Assembly (NCBI GenBank): GCA_039030515.1
Contig: JBCCEA010000030.1
Coordinates: 1-47,268 of the forward strand
From: Myxococcota bacterium
Lineage (GTDB): Bacteria > Myxococcota_A > Polyangia > Polyangiales > Houyiibacteriaceae
Length of the DNA stretch: 47,268 bases
Direction: 5' to 3'
This document shows positions 18,579 through 28,442 of this stretch, one piece after another; the first letter of the stretch is position 1; every line of letters starts with the position of its first letter. A model generated the notes under the pieces. That model did not search any database and was not told where the DNA came from. It worked only from the letters and a program-made list of their open reading frames with translations. A program made the translations under genes and the position numbers.

Positions 18579-20270
18579 TCAGCCCTTATGTACGATTTGA
18601 TCTCTGCCCCGCTCTTTAGCGAGATAGAGCCTTCGATCGGCCACGCGTACCAAGTGATCGAGGCTGTCCCCGTCGTCGGGTATCGTCGCGATCCCAGCGC
18701 TGCACGTGACCCTGAACTCGCGACCTTCTTCATCCGTGAAGACTGTTTGTTTCAGTTCCTCGAGAGCCCGCTCTAGAATCGCTTTTGCTGCATCCGCTTC
18801 TTGCTCAGCAAAGGCTACCAGGAACTCCTCACCTCCCCAGCGGCACTTAAGGTCGGCCGGTCGGAACGCCTCCTGCAGAATCTTGCCGAAGTTGGCGAGG
18901 ACCTGGTCCCCAACGAGATGTCCTCTCAGATCGTTGACCTGTTTAAAATGGTCTACGTCGCAAAGCCCGACTGAAAACGTACGCGCAGCTCGGTGTATTT
19001 CGTTCAGCTTCGAGGCTGCCTGGTTGATGAAGGACCTCCGATTAAGTAGGCCCGTTAGCGCATCACGCTCGTGGTGATCCCGGGTCATGCGCGCACGCTC
19101 AAGTCGTATTCGCGTTCGGGCGATCAGTTCCTGATCGAGTACTGGTTTTTGGATGTAGTCGTCTCCACCTGCCTCAAAACATGCGAGACGTGTTTCCACA
19201 GATGCATCGGCGCTGAGGAATAAAACCGGCAAATCTCGAAATTCCGGCATTGCACGGAGTGCGCTACACACCTCGAGTCCATTGACGTCGGGGAGGTCCA
19301 CGTCGAGTAGAACGATGTCCGGACGATCTTGTTGCACCATTTCCAAGATGGCGCCTGCTTTGTCCGTGTGTTGAACTGTAAGGTCGGCTGATCGCAATAC
19401 GGTTTCAACGTAGTTTGCAAACGCGTGGTCGTCTTCGACGAGAAGCGCCATCTGTCCCGACTCTCTTCGGTGAGAAGACAACAGTATGGTCGCGTCCTGA
19501 AATTGCTGTTTGGTGACCGGTTTCGTCAGGTAGAGGCTCGCTCCCGCGTGGGCCGCCTCGATTCGGCTGCGTAGATCGCCCACCGCAGTGACGACGGCAA
19601 CGGGCACCGTACTCGAGTTGGAACTGCGTCTCAGAGCTCGTGCCAGTCGGAAGCCCTCGTCAGGTTGCTCTAGCTCGATGTCTAAAAATACCCCGTCAAG
19701 GTCGTTGTTTGTGGCGATCTGCAATGCTTCTTTCGCATTGGATGCTGATATCGAATCCAACAGTAGTTCTGCGCACAGCTTTTCGAACGTACGTAGCCCC
19801 AAGGGATCTTGGTCGACGATCAAGAACCGGGGCCGGTTGCGATTACGTATGACCGATGGGATTTCTTCGTCTAGCTCTGGCAGGACACAGTGATTGGCCG
19901 CCTTGTGAATCGCCTCGCTCAGTTTCTCCGCTGCGATGCGTAGCCGGCCCCAGGACTCACGGGTGTAGTGGTGTTCTTGGCCCTTTTCTAGGGACTGTAG
20001 TGCGTGGGCTGCCTCGTTTGCCAAGTTGTGCACTTCGTCGAAGCCGTAGGTTCCTGCCGTGCCGGCGATCGCATGGAAACGTCTTTTGAGTTGAGACGTG
20101 CGACCTACGCGATCCGGGACCCGAGGCAATACGAGAAAACCATCTGCCTTCTCCGCCAGCGAAGAAATGTATTGAGCACCCTGATGGGCAATATGCTGTT
20201 TCAAAGCCTGACTAGCCGACTCTTCCGTTTCGAGCGACGAATCGAGTTGCTCGTCCTTGCCAGTACCCAC
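18579..20270 (-). CDS. Hpt-REC-REC-GGDEF diguanylate cyclase
   Basis: Hpt motif FHAIAGTAGTYGF, two receiver domains, DALTGLLNR, DVDHFKQVND, RxxD I-site (RPAD), intact GGEEF. Confidence 0.92.
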   Translation of the reverse strand: MGTGKDEQLDSSLETEESASQALKQHIAHQGAQYISSLAEKADGFLVLPRVPDRVGRTSQLKRRFHAIAGTAGTYGFDEVHNLANEAAHALQSLEKGQEHHYTRESWGRLRIAAEKLSEAIHKAANHCVLPELDEEIPSVIRNRNRPRFLIVDQDPLGLRTFEKLCAELLLDSISASNAKEALQIATNNDLDGVFLDIELEQPDEGFRLARALRRSSNSSTVPVAVVTAVGDLRSRIEAAHAGASLYLTKPVTKQQFQDATILLSSHRRESGQMALLVEDDHAFANYVETVLRSADLTVQHTDKAGAILEMVQQDRPDIVLLDVDLPDVNGLEVCSALRAMPEFRDLPVLFLSADASVETRLACFEAGGDDYIQKPVLDQELIARTRIRLERARMTRDHHERDALTGLLNRRSFINQAASKLNEIHRAARTFSVGLCDVDHFKQVNDLRGHLVGDQVLANFGKILQEAFRPADLKCRWGGEEFLVAFAEQEADAAKAILERALEELKQTVFTDEEGREFRVTCSAGIATIPDDGDSLDHLVRVADRRLYLAKERGRDQIVHKG

Positions 20271-20363
20271 TTATAGACTCTCCCGCGCCGCTGTCTTTTT
20301 GTCCATACCAGAGTTGGGCGACCTACATTACCGCGATTGGGGATGCTCTTTTGGACGTAGGAA

Positions 20364-20795
20364 ATGATTCATGAAGCGCTTAAGGCGAGCGAACTTCCGC
20401 CGTTTTGCCCTTACGTGTCGATACCTGTAGTTCTAATCGTCGACGACGAGCCAGACATTAGACTTATCGGTGAGCTCAGCTTGCGGGAGATAGCCGGTTG
20501 GACGGTTCATCTTGCGGAAAGTGGACTGGAGGCAGTCTCCATGGTTCCCAAGATCTGCCCGGATATCCTTCTTCTCGACGTCATGATGCCCGAGCTTGAT
20601 GGACCCTCTACGCTGTTGAAGCTTCGGGAGCTCGAGATGCTTCAGAACTGTTGTGTTATCTTCCTTACCGCAAAGGCTCAGACTCATGAGGTCCAACGCT
20701 ACTTGGACTTCGGAGCGGCCGGAGTGATTCCGAAGCCTTTCGATCCGATAAAGCTGCCCGAACTCATTAGGGAATTCATGGCGGAAGCAGCATGA
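20364..20795 (+). CDS. Single-domain response regulator
   Basis: VLIVDDE, LLDVMMPELDG, FLTAK, KPF. The true start may be further downstream. Overlaps the kinase start by 4 bp. Confidence 0.9.
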   Translation: MIHEALKASELPPFCPYVSIPVVLIVDDEPDIRLIGELSLREIAGWTVHLAESGLEAVSMVPKICPDILLLDVMMPELDGPSTLLKLRELEMLQNCCVIFLTAKAQTHEVQRYLDFGAAGVIPKPFDPIKLPELIREFMAEAA

Positions 20796-22879
20796 ACGAC
20801 TCCAAGGCACTCATGGTTTCGTTGCGGGATCGCGTGTTTGAGGCCTCGGCAGATGCTCTACTGATCGGTGATGCCGAGGGTCGTATTCTTTCAGTCAACA
20901 CGTCATTCGAACGGTTGTTTGGTTGCGATGCTGGGACCGCTGCCGGTCGTCACTTCATCGACTTCGCGGTGGACAAGGCCCGTTTGGAACAATGCGTGAA
21001 ACCGGCGCCGAATTCGCTTGAGCGCCACGAGATTTGGCCTTCCTACGAGAGTGCCCATCGTCGCACATGGCTGGCGCTTACCGTTGAGAGTGGCGATTCT
21101 TTTTTGGCTGAAGTTGCGCTCACTTTTCATATTGAAGCTGGAACTATCCTCGGGTTCACTGCCTCCATCCGTGAAGTGAGCATTACGGAGCGTCTGCATC
21201 GAGACAGCGACAAACCTCAGATCTCCCCCGGCCTTTTTCAACGTCTTTTTGAAGCATCTCCGGGAATGCTGGCCATTGCGGGATTCGATGGAAGCTTTTG
21301 CTGGGTGAACCGCAGCTGGACCAAGGTCACCGGATTTCCTTCTGAAGTATTGGCCAGCCGTCCGCTTTACACGCTGTTTCATGAAGCAGATCACGCGAGG
21401 GTCGGCTGTCGGTTTGCCAATCTTGTAGGACAGGAGAGCGAAACCATAGAATTCGTTGCGAGGTGCGTGTGCGCCGATGGGCGTTACAAGTGGATTTCTT
21501 GGAGTGCCAGTTTAGATGCGGATCGCGGATTCATTTACATCATCGCGAACGACGTTACGGAATTGGTCGCTACTAGAGATCAGCTGCGTCGGAGTGAAGA
21601 GTTGCTCCAACAGACCTCCCGAGTCGCGAAGGTTAGCGGTTGGGAGCTGGAGATGCGCACTTTGGAGTTGAGGTGGTCCGAAGAGGCTTATCGGCTCTAC
21701 GGAATCCCCATGGACGCTCAGCCGACCGTAGAGGAAGCTATCTCTTTTTTCGAACCTGATGCACGACCTATGCTCCGCGCCGCACTAGATCGAGTGGCCA
21801 CCGAGGGAACACCATTCGATCTGCAGCTGCCTTTTCGAAGGCCCTCGGGCGAGCGGATGTGGGTGCGGGTTTTGGGACAGGCTGAGTTGGTGGACGGGGA
21901 GCCAATTCGGGTACGCGGCGCGTTTCAGGATGTGAGCGCGGAATGGGCCGGAGAAAGAGCAAAGAGGGATTTCGTCTCGATCGTTTCTCATGAGCTCAGA
22001 ACTCCGCTTTCTTCTCTCTATGGATCGCTTCGACTACTGGAAGGCGGAGTGGTTGGGGCTTTGCCCTCTCCTGCGAAACGACTCGTCGGCATGGCTCGAA
22101 GCAACAGTGACCGATTGCTTCGCTTGATCGACGACCTACTCGATCTCGAACGAATCGAAACCGGGAATCTTGACTACAACGTGTCTGATCTCGACATGAG
22201 TCAGGTAGTCTGGAGGGCGGTCGGCGAAGTTCAAGGAATGGCTCAGGAGGCGAGTGTAGAACTCGAAGTTCGCGAGCAGCAGATTCCGAAAATCCACGGA
22301 GATCCAGATCGGTTGGTGCAAGTCGTGACCAACTTGCTCTCGAATGCCATCAAGTTTTCTCCAGTGGGTTCACTGGTCGAAGTATGGCTTTGGCTCGAAG
22401 GCGGGGAATACCTCAGTGTAGCGGTGCGAGACCGCGGTCCAGGGATTCCTCCTGGATATCGTGAAACTCTGTTCGAGAAGTTCAGGCAGGTCGATTCCTC
22501 AGATACGCGCAAGCGGGGAGGAACAGGATTGGGCTTGGCCATCGCCAAGGCCATCGTGGAGCAGCACGAAGGCACTGTTGGTTTTGATAGCACCGAGGGT
22601 GAGGGCAGCACCTTTTGGTTCAGTCTGCCCATGACAAGCCTGGTGGGTGAGGTGCGCACCAAGGAGAGTCTCCTGGCGCCACCTGCGTTCGACTCAGGAT
22701 TGCCTAATTTGAGTCGGCGGTCGTCAAGTCTCAGTTCAGGGCGGTCCGATATGGATACCGAGTCGCCCGAACCGACGTCTAGAGATGGTCTTATTTTAGG
22801 TGAAGGCGCCAGTCGTCACGCGCATGCTTCTTTATCGGGTGACGCCAAGCAGGCCTATTCTGTATTGCCACTGAAATAA
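20792..22879 (+). CDS. Cytoplasmic multi-PAS sensor histidine kinase
   Basis: Three PAS-like segments, SHELRTPL H-box, NLLSNAIKFS, DRGPGI, GGTGLGLAI. Confidence 0.93.
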   Translation: MNDSKALMVSLRDRVFEASADALLIGDAEGRILSVNTSFERLFGCDAGTAAGRHFIDFAVDKARLEQCVKPAPNSLERHEIWPSYESAHRRTWLALTVESGDSFLAEVALTFHIEAGTILGFTASIREVSITERLHRDSDKPQISPGLFQRLFEASPGMLAIAGFDGSFCWVNRSWTKVTGFPSEVLASRPLYTLFHEADHARVGCRFANLVGQESETIEFVARCVCADGRYKWISWSASLDADRGFIYIIANDVTELVATRDQLRRSEELLQQTSRVAKVSGWELEMRTLELRWSEEAYRLYGIPMDAQPTVEEAISFFEPDARPMLRAALDRVATEGTPFDLQLPFRRPSGERMWVRVLGQAELVDGEPIRVRGAFQDVSAEWAGERAKRDFVSIVSHELRTPLSSLYGSLRLLEGGVVGALPSPAKRLVGMARSNSDRLLRLIDDLLDLERIETGNLDYNVSDLDMSQVVWRAVGEVQGMAQEASVELEVREQQIPKIHGDPDRLVQVVTNLLSNAIKFSPVGSLVEVWLWLEGGEYLSVAVRDRGPGIPPGYRETLFEKFRQVDSSDTRKRGGTGLGLAIAKAIVEQHEGTVGFDSTEGEGSTFWFSLPMTSLVGEVRTKESLLAPPAFDSGLPNLSRRSSSLSSGRSDMDTESPEPTSRDGLILGEGASRHAHASLSGDAKQAYSVLPLK

Positions 22880-23088
22880 ACAGGTTTTAGTCCTATTCAT
22901 CGCTGGTGTTTGAGACTCCAACGGTGAAGTTTGGCAAGATGTCGTAGTTGGTATCCGTGTCGCTGTTGACCTCGCCGGTGATCAGGTAGCTCTGCGCTCC
23001 GTCTCCGAGTTGGTCGTCTTGACCAGTAACGGTTGGAGTTACCCCGTTCGGATAGACAGGTGGAGACTTTCGGGGAAAGAGTGAGACC

Positions 23089-23406
23089 ATGCCCTGAACC
23101 TATCCTCCCTATGACCCGGAATATCGAGAGAAGATTGTTGCATTGCACCGAGCTGGCCGGAGTCCTTCGGAGCTGAGCAAGGAGTTCGGTCCATCGACCC
23201 AGACGATTCGAACCTGGGTCGCTCAAACCGATCGCGATGAGGGCCGCTGCTCCGATGGGCTCACCAGCGCAGAGAAGAAGGAGCTCGCCGCGCTCCGGAA
23301 GGAAAACAAGCAGTTGCGGATGGAGCGAGAAATCCTCTCAAAAGCAGCCGCCTGGTTTGCTCAGGAGACCGACGCGCTCGGCAGCAAGAAGCGCTCGCGT
23401 TCATAG
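23089..23406 (+). pseudogene. IS3 transposase OrfA (HTH) with premature stop at codon 3
   Basis: ATG CCC TGA ACC TAT CCT CCC TAT reads MP*TYPPYDPEYREKIVALHRAGRS...EILSKAAAWFA. AAAAG -1 slippery motif at 23340-23344. Confidence 0.85.
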
Positions 23407-24308
23407 AGGCAAACCAGGCCATTTATCCCGTATCCGTCATGTGCCGTCTCCTGACGGTGTCGCGGGCAACCTTCTACGCGTGGCGAGCTCGAGAGGTGTC
23501 GGAACGGGAAAAAAGGAATATCGAACTTACAGAACACATCCGCGTCATCCACGCGGAGTCAGGCAGGAGCTACGGGGCCCCTCGCGTGCATCGCGCCCTC
23601 CGAACCGAATGCCAGGCACGTGGCGAGCCAGCACCGAGCCGAAAGCGCGTTGCTGGGTTGATGAGCAAGGCGGAAATCGCAGGGATTACCCGCCGCCGGG
23701 CCAAGAGGCCCAAGACGACGCAGCAAGACCATCGGGCGAAGGCTGCGCCCGACCTTGTGGAACGCGACTTCACAGCCAGCGCCCCCAATCAGCTTTGGGT
23801 CGCCGACATCACGTATGTGCCGACCCTCAGTGGCTTCCTCTTCCTGGCCATCATCATGGACGTATTCAGCCGAAGAATCGTTGGGTGGTCGATGGCGACC
23901 CACCTTCGCACCGAACTCGTGCTCGACGCGCTGAATATGGCAGTCAAGAATCGCCGGCCCCACAGGGTCATTCACCATAGCGATAAAGGATGCCAATGCA
24001 GCGCGACCGCCTTTAGTAGGCGCTGCAGCCAAACCGGAGTTGTTCCTTCCACCGGAACGGCAGGTGACTGCTTCGACAACGCCATGGCCGAGAGCTTCTT
24101 CGCCTCACTTGAATGCGAGCTGCTGATTCCCAGCTCCTTCCGCAATCCCGCAGAGGCCGCTCTCGCGGTCTTCCAATACATCGAGGGCTGGTACAACACG
24201 CGTCGACTTCATTCCGCACTCGACTATCGATCCCTAGTCGACTTCGAAGCCAAGAACCTACTTCAACCGCAACCCGAAAGCTCCTCGCTGTCTATGGAAA
24301 TGGGGTGA
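23340..24308 (+). CDS. IS3 transposase OrfB (DDE integrase core), reached by -1 frameshift
   Basis: SYGAPRV, PNQLWVADITY, HHSDKG, DNAMAESFF, WYNTRRLHSAL. The -1 frame is open from the AAAAG site. First ATG at 23439. Confidence 0.93.
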   Translation, partial: KSSRLVCSGDRRARQQEALAFIEANQAIYPVSVMCRLLTVSRATFYAWRAREVSEREKRNIELTEHIRVIHAESGRSYGAPRVHRALRTECQARGEPAPSRKRVAGLMSKAEIAGITRRRAKRPKTTQQDHRAKAAPDLVERDFTASAPNQLWVADITYVPTLSGFLFLAIIMDVFSRRIVGWSMATHLRTELVLDALNMAVKNRRPHRVIHHSDKGCQCSATAFSRRCSQTGVVPSTGTAGDCFDNAMAESFFASLECELLIPSSFRNPAEAALAVFQYIEGWYNTRRLHSALDYRSLVDFEAKNLLQPQPESSSLSMEMG

Positions 24309-25901
24309 CTCCAGTCGGTTCCTCCGCCCTCCGTTGTCGTGAGTCCGTCGGTCTGTGACACAAGAGCGCCTGCCGTGTCGTTATCTATGTTCACCAGGCT
24401 GACGCTCAGCGCGTCAAGTCCGCTGTAGTTGGGGTCGCCGTCGATCGCCGGATCGATCTGCGCTGTGTAGGGAGCGTTGCCGTCTGCGCTCGAGTCGTCG
24501 ACGCCGATGATGGTCGCCGTTTGAGGCGCATTCCAGTTGTCGCTTGTGAACGTGAGGCTGGAAGGCGCGACTGTGCCCTCTTCTGGAATGTCCGAGCTCA
24601 GGTCGATGCGGACCTCTGAATCCGGATTCGGCTGACTGGTGAGCGTGACTGTGAAGGAAGCAGTGGTTCCGGCTTCGTCCGTTGTAGGGCCTTCAGTCGG
24701 ACTTACGGTGATTCCCGCCGTTTCACATCGTCCGTGTTGTGTTGGTCACCTCGACATCTGCTGCATCTAGCCCGGTGTAGTTTGAGTCTCCGCTTTCGGC
24801 CGGTGCTGTTTCGATCGAATAGACAACGTTTCCATCCGCTTCACCGTCATCCTGCCCGGTGACGGTCACTACTTGGGGCGAATCCCAGTTTTCATCCGTG
24901 AAGGTCACGCTCGTTGGGACTGCGGTGCCTTCGGCGGGATTGCTCGAGCTAACCGCGACGATGACCTCAGTATCGGTTTGCGGTTGGCTATTCAATACGA
25001 TCGAGAATGTGTCGCTGCCTCCACCCTCGGTGGTCGTGAGGCCGGATGTCGGGGATACTGTGATGCCCGCAGTCTCGTCATCGATGTTTTCGATGGAAAC
25101 GTCCTCAGCGTCGAGTCCCGAGTAATTTTCGTCGCTGCTCATGGCGGCACCTAGTTGGGCTAGGTAGACAACCGTCCCGTCCTGGATGTCGTCATCGACG
25201 CCCGTTGCGGTGACCATTTGAGGCGCACTCCAGTCGTCTATCGTGAAGGTGAGTTCGGCCGGTGTGACCAAGCCTTCGGTTTCGTCGCTAGACGAGAGCG
25301 GCACCATGACGTCTGCGGAAGGCGCAGCCAAAAGGCGGATCACGAAGCTCGCGGTTCCACCGGTTTCGGTCGTGTTCAAACCTCCATTCGCAACGATGAC
25401 TTCGATTCCCGTAGTGTCCGTCGAACTGCCGTCGTCCCCACATCCGATAATCCACGATGCGGTCAAAAACAGAGTCGCAGTCCTGATGATGGAACGTTGC
25501 GCCAAAAAACTCATGAAATCCCCCAAAAATAAAGGATTAAGAAACAATGAAAAAGTTTGGTCTTTGGGTAACTCATCGGCCTGCGACAAGCGCCATAGAG
25601 ATCGACGCATCCGGCTTCGTTTGAGAGTGGCCGCCAAAATGACCGGCGCAGCCTATCACCACCTTTGCTTGGGAGATAGCGAACTCTGATGTCGAAGCCT
25701 CGAAGAGTTCCAGACCTGAGCTGGCGCGCTTCGAACACTGCTGGAGGCCCTAGCCAGAAGGTGGATGAAGACCCGCGAGTGAACTTCTGAAAGGGTGCAT
25801 CCGCGTGCTCGGTAGGCTTGCTGCAGGCAAAGTCGCCTAGCGAGGGCAACGTTTTTTGATGTGCACTTGACCTCGGTCAGCGCATTTGGGAAGCAGCATG
25901 C

Positions 25902-26282
25902 ATGGGTGATTACTCTCGAAACGTGCTCGGAGGAGCACTGGGCACGTGCTCTGCGTCGCCTTTGACTGGGTTTTATCGTGACGGCTGTTGCCGAACGGGT
26001 GATGAAGATCGGGGTTCTCATGTCGTCTGCTCTGAGGTTACGGAGGAGTTTCTAGCGTTTTCGAAAGCCCAAGGAAACGATCTGAGCACGCCCCGGCCGG
26101 AGTATTCCTTCCCAGGTTTGAAACCAGGTGATCGGTGGTGCGTGTGTGCAAGTCGATGGAAAGAGGCTTTTGATGCCGGAGTTGCACCCAAGGTCGTGCT
26201 TGCCTCGACCCACGAGAGAGCCCTCGATGTGATCGAGATCGCTGCGCTGCTTGATCATGCACTCGACAAACTCGAAGCCTAG
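25902..26282 (+). CDS. DUF2237 family protein
   Basis: NVLG, TGFYRDGCC, GNDLSTP, FPGLKPGDRWCVCA.RW motifs. Confidence 0.92.
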   Translation: MGDYSRNVLGGALGTCSASPLTGFYRDGCCRTGDEDRGSHVVCSEVTEEFLAFSKAQGNDLSTPRPEYSFPGLKPGDRWCVCASRWKEAFDAGVAPKVVLASTHERALDVIEIAALLDHALDKLEA

Positions 26283-26286
26283 CTCT

Positions 26287-26323
26287 GAGCACACTGTGTC
26301 TCGACCCCGATGACACTGTGCTC
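26287..26323. terminator. Long hairpin between convergent genes (possible bidirectional terminator)
   Basis: gagcaca-ct-gtgtc-tcg-accc-cga-t-gacac-tgtgctc. No U-tract. Confidence 0.45.
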
Positions 26324-26409
26324 CGACGCCAACGAGAGAACCTTATCGCGCGGACCGCTTGGTCGAAACCGCGGTCTTCCGGGCAAGAAACGCCGCCAAA
26401 ACAAACAGA

Positions 26410-28263
26410 CTACGCGCGGTTCGACACGATTTTTCTGATGTAACCTTCGACATCACGCGTGAACTCCTCCAAGGACTCTTCGCCCTGCTCGATCTTTCTA
26501 AGTCGGCGCTCCCACTCGCTGGTCATGCCGGGATCGCGCAGTTCGGGATCGACTTGCTGAACTACCTCGTGGCCTCGCTCGGTGCTTCGAACTTGGTTTC
26601 CGTCGCGGACTAAATATTCTCGTCTAAAAAGTGTCTCTAGTACCGCTGCTCGGGTTGCCGGAGTGCCAATTCCACAGTCTTGTATCCTCTCGCACGTAGC
26701 TGTACTGGAACGCTTTCCCGCAGACTCCATGGCCCGAAGCAACGTGGCTTCCGTAAAGGGAAGCGGAGGTGTCGTCTCTTTTTGAACAGTAAACGCGTCT
26801 TCACAGACGGCGCTTTTTCCTTCGCTCAATCCCGCAGGCAGTCGTTGTCCTGATTTTTTCGATTTTGAGGGAGGATCGAGTAGCTGCCAACCATGGAATA
26901 CCGTCTCTGAGCCGCGTGCAAAGTATCGGTGCGTTGTGTGCTCTTTCTTAACTGCAAACACGACTTCGGTGACCCACTGCTGAACCGCAGGCAAGAATGC
27001 ACAGAGAAAACGCTGCGCGATGAGGTGGAAAAGCTTCTCCTTATCTGAACCTCTTGCAAAGGCTGGATCCCGAGCCTTCGGAAGGATGCCGGTAGGGATG
27101 ATCGCATGATGGTCGGAGATTCTCTCATCATCCATGAAGCGACGATCAAGTGGTCGGCGAAACACCGACGGGTCTACCGAACGCAAGATCGAAAATTTTT
27201 TTGATAGCTTGAGTGCGATTTTTGGAAGTTGCGCGCTCAGGTCGCTGGGGAGATACTTACAATTTGTGCGCGGATACGTAATCGCCTTGTGCTTTTCGTA
27301 GAGCTCTTGTGCAAGATCGAGTGTCTTCGCGGCGGTAAAGTTGAAGCGCTGATTGGCCTCCTGTTGAAGGCAGGTTAGGTCGAAGAGATGGGGTGGCGGC
27401 GTTAGCTTTCGGTTCTTGATTCGACTTTCGATAAAGGCCGCCCCGCTTTTGGCAAGAGCAAGAACTGCTCTAGCGGATCGAGGCCCGAATCCAGGGTCCT
27501 CCGATTCGGATGGAAGCTTTGCTTGCAGAAGCGTCTTTCCTTCGTGGTCCATGTTTCGCTTGTAGATGGCAGTGATCGTGTCGACACCCGCCGTAGCAAA
27601 CCTGCCGTGCACCTCTTGATAGCATTCTGGTTTGAATGCTCGAATGTGCGCATCTCGCTCGACGACTATGGCCAGCGTGGGAGTCTGTACCCGACCGATT
27701 GAAATCAGCGAGCCTGAAGATCTTGCTCGTAGCGTGTAGAAGCGAGAGAGGTTCATTCCGACCAACCAGTCTGCTCTCGACCGGGCAGTGGCTGCGCTTG
27801 CAAGGTTGCGGTACTCCTCCGCACTTCGAAGCGTTTGGAATCCTTTGGTGATCGCCTCTGGGGTAAGCGAGCGAGTCCAAAGGCGTTGAACTGGTTTATT
27901 ACACTCCGCAAGTTCGTAAATGTAGCGAAAGATAAGCTCGCCCTCCCGCCCCGCGTCGGTCGCTGCGACGATCTCGGTAGTGTGAACGTCGTTCATCAAC
28001 CCTTTGACGATTTCGAACTGGGAATCCATCCCTTCCCTGACCACCAGACGATAGGCTTCAGGAAACATCGGTAGGTTCTCGAAACTCCAAGCTCCCCAGG
28101 CTTCATTCATCTCCTCAGGACTTGCAAAGCTGACGAGATGTCCGATGGCCCAAGTGACCCGAATACCTCGCCCTTTGTAGCAACCGTTCTGGCGTTGCAC
28201 CGCGCCCAGCACCCTGGCGATGTCCGCAGCGACCCTGGGTTTTTCCGCAACGACCAAGATCAT
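26410..28263 (-). CDS. topB: DNA topoisomerase III (type IA)
   Basis: VAEKP, TWAIGHL, ATDAGREGELIF, SIGRVQTPTL, ITYPRT (catalytic Tyr), DHHAIIPT, GIGTPATRA. Ends without a long C-terminal extension. Confidence 0.93.
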   Translation of the reverse strand: MILVVAEKPRVAADIARVLGAVQRQNGCYKGRGIRVTWAIGHLVSFASPEEMNEAWGAWSFENLPMFPEAYRLVVREGMDSQFEIVKGLMNDVHTTEIVAATDAGREGELIFRYIYELAECNKPVQRLWTRSLTPEAITKGFQTLRSAEEYRNLASAATARSRADWLVGMNLSRFYTLRARSSGSLISIGRVQTPTLAIVVERDAHIRAFKPECYQEVHGRFATAGVDTITAIYKRNMDHEGKTLLQAKLPSESEDPGFGPRSARAVLALAKSGAAFIESRIKNRKLTPPPHLFDLTCLQQEANQRFNFTAAKTLDLAQELYEKHKAITYPRTNCKYLPSDLSAQLPKIALKLSKKFSILRSVDPSVFRRPLDRRFMDDERISDHHAIIPTGILPKARDPAFARGSDKEKLFHLIAQRFLCAFLPAVQQWVTEVVFAVKKEHTTHRYFARGSETVFHGWQLLDPPSKSKKSGQRLPAGLSEGKSAVCEDAFTVQKETTPPLPFTEATLLRAMESAGKRSSTATCERIQDCGIGTPATRAAVLETLFRREYLVRDGNQVRSTERGHEVVQQVDPELRDPGMTSEWERRLRKIEQGEESLEEFTRDVEGYIRKIVSNRA

Positions 28264-28442
28264 TGAATTAGCCGTTGGCTAACTCAGGCAGGGGTTGCAC
28301 GCAAGAAGGCACTGCTCCACGCGCCGCCGTGTTTGTACGCGCGATCTTCACGCTGCGCTGCCATCAAGCTGCTTCCGTCGAAGTGGCTATTTCGTCCCCA
28401 GCGAAATGCTCGATACGGTAGATTGGCTGTGTCGCTGATCTT

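Larger units (their letters stand above)
23034..24313 (+). mobile_element. IS3-family insertion sequence (1280 bp)
   Basis: TG...CA ends. Terminal inverted repeats tggagttaccccgttcggatagacag versus reverse complement of right end tggagtcaccccatttccatagacag (21/26). orfA/orfB organisation. No 3-4 bp target duplication. Confidence 0.95.
22893..25514 (-). pseudogene. Lipoprotein with four Calx-beta-like repeats, disrupted by a frameshift (~24723-24746) and an IS3 element
   Basis: Lipobox IIG-C after ATG 25514. Repeats of TTE.G...F...L...P...V...SS...EG...LTFT..NW..PQ....GxDD...DG. The reading continues in another frame over 24314-24722, and the last repeat resumes at 23033-22893. Confidence 0.9.

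Noticed and set aside
23237..23980. 247-aa plus-strand ORF inside the IS
   Set aside because: Alternative-frame shadow of orfA/orfB with no recognisable motifs.
25515..25637. N-terminal extension of the Calx-beta-like ORF
   Set aside because: The lipoprotein signal peptide starts at ATG 25514, and the upstream DNA is AT-rich and promoter-like.
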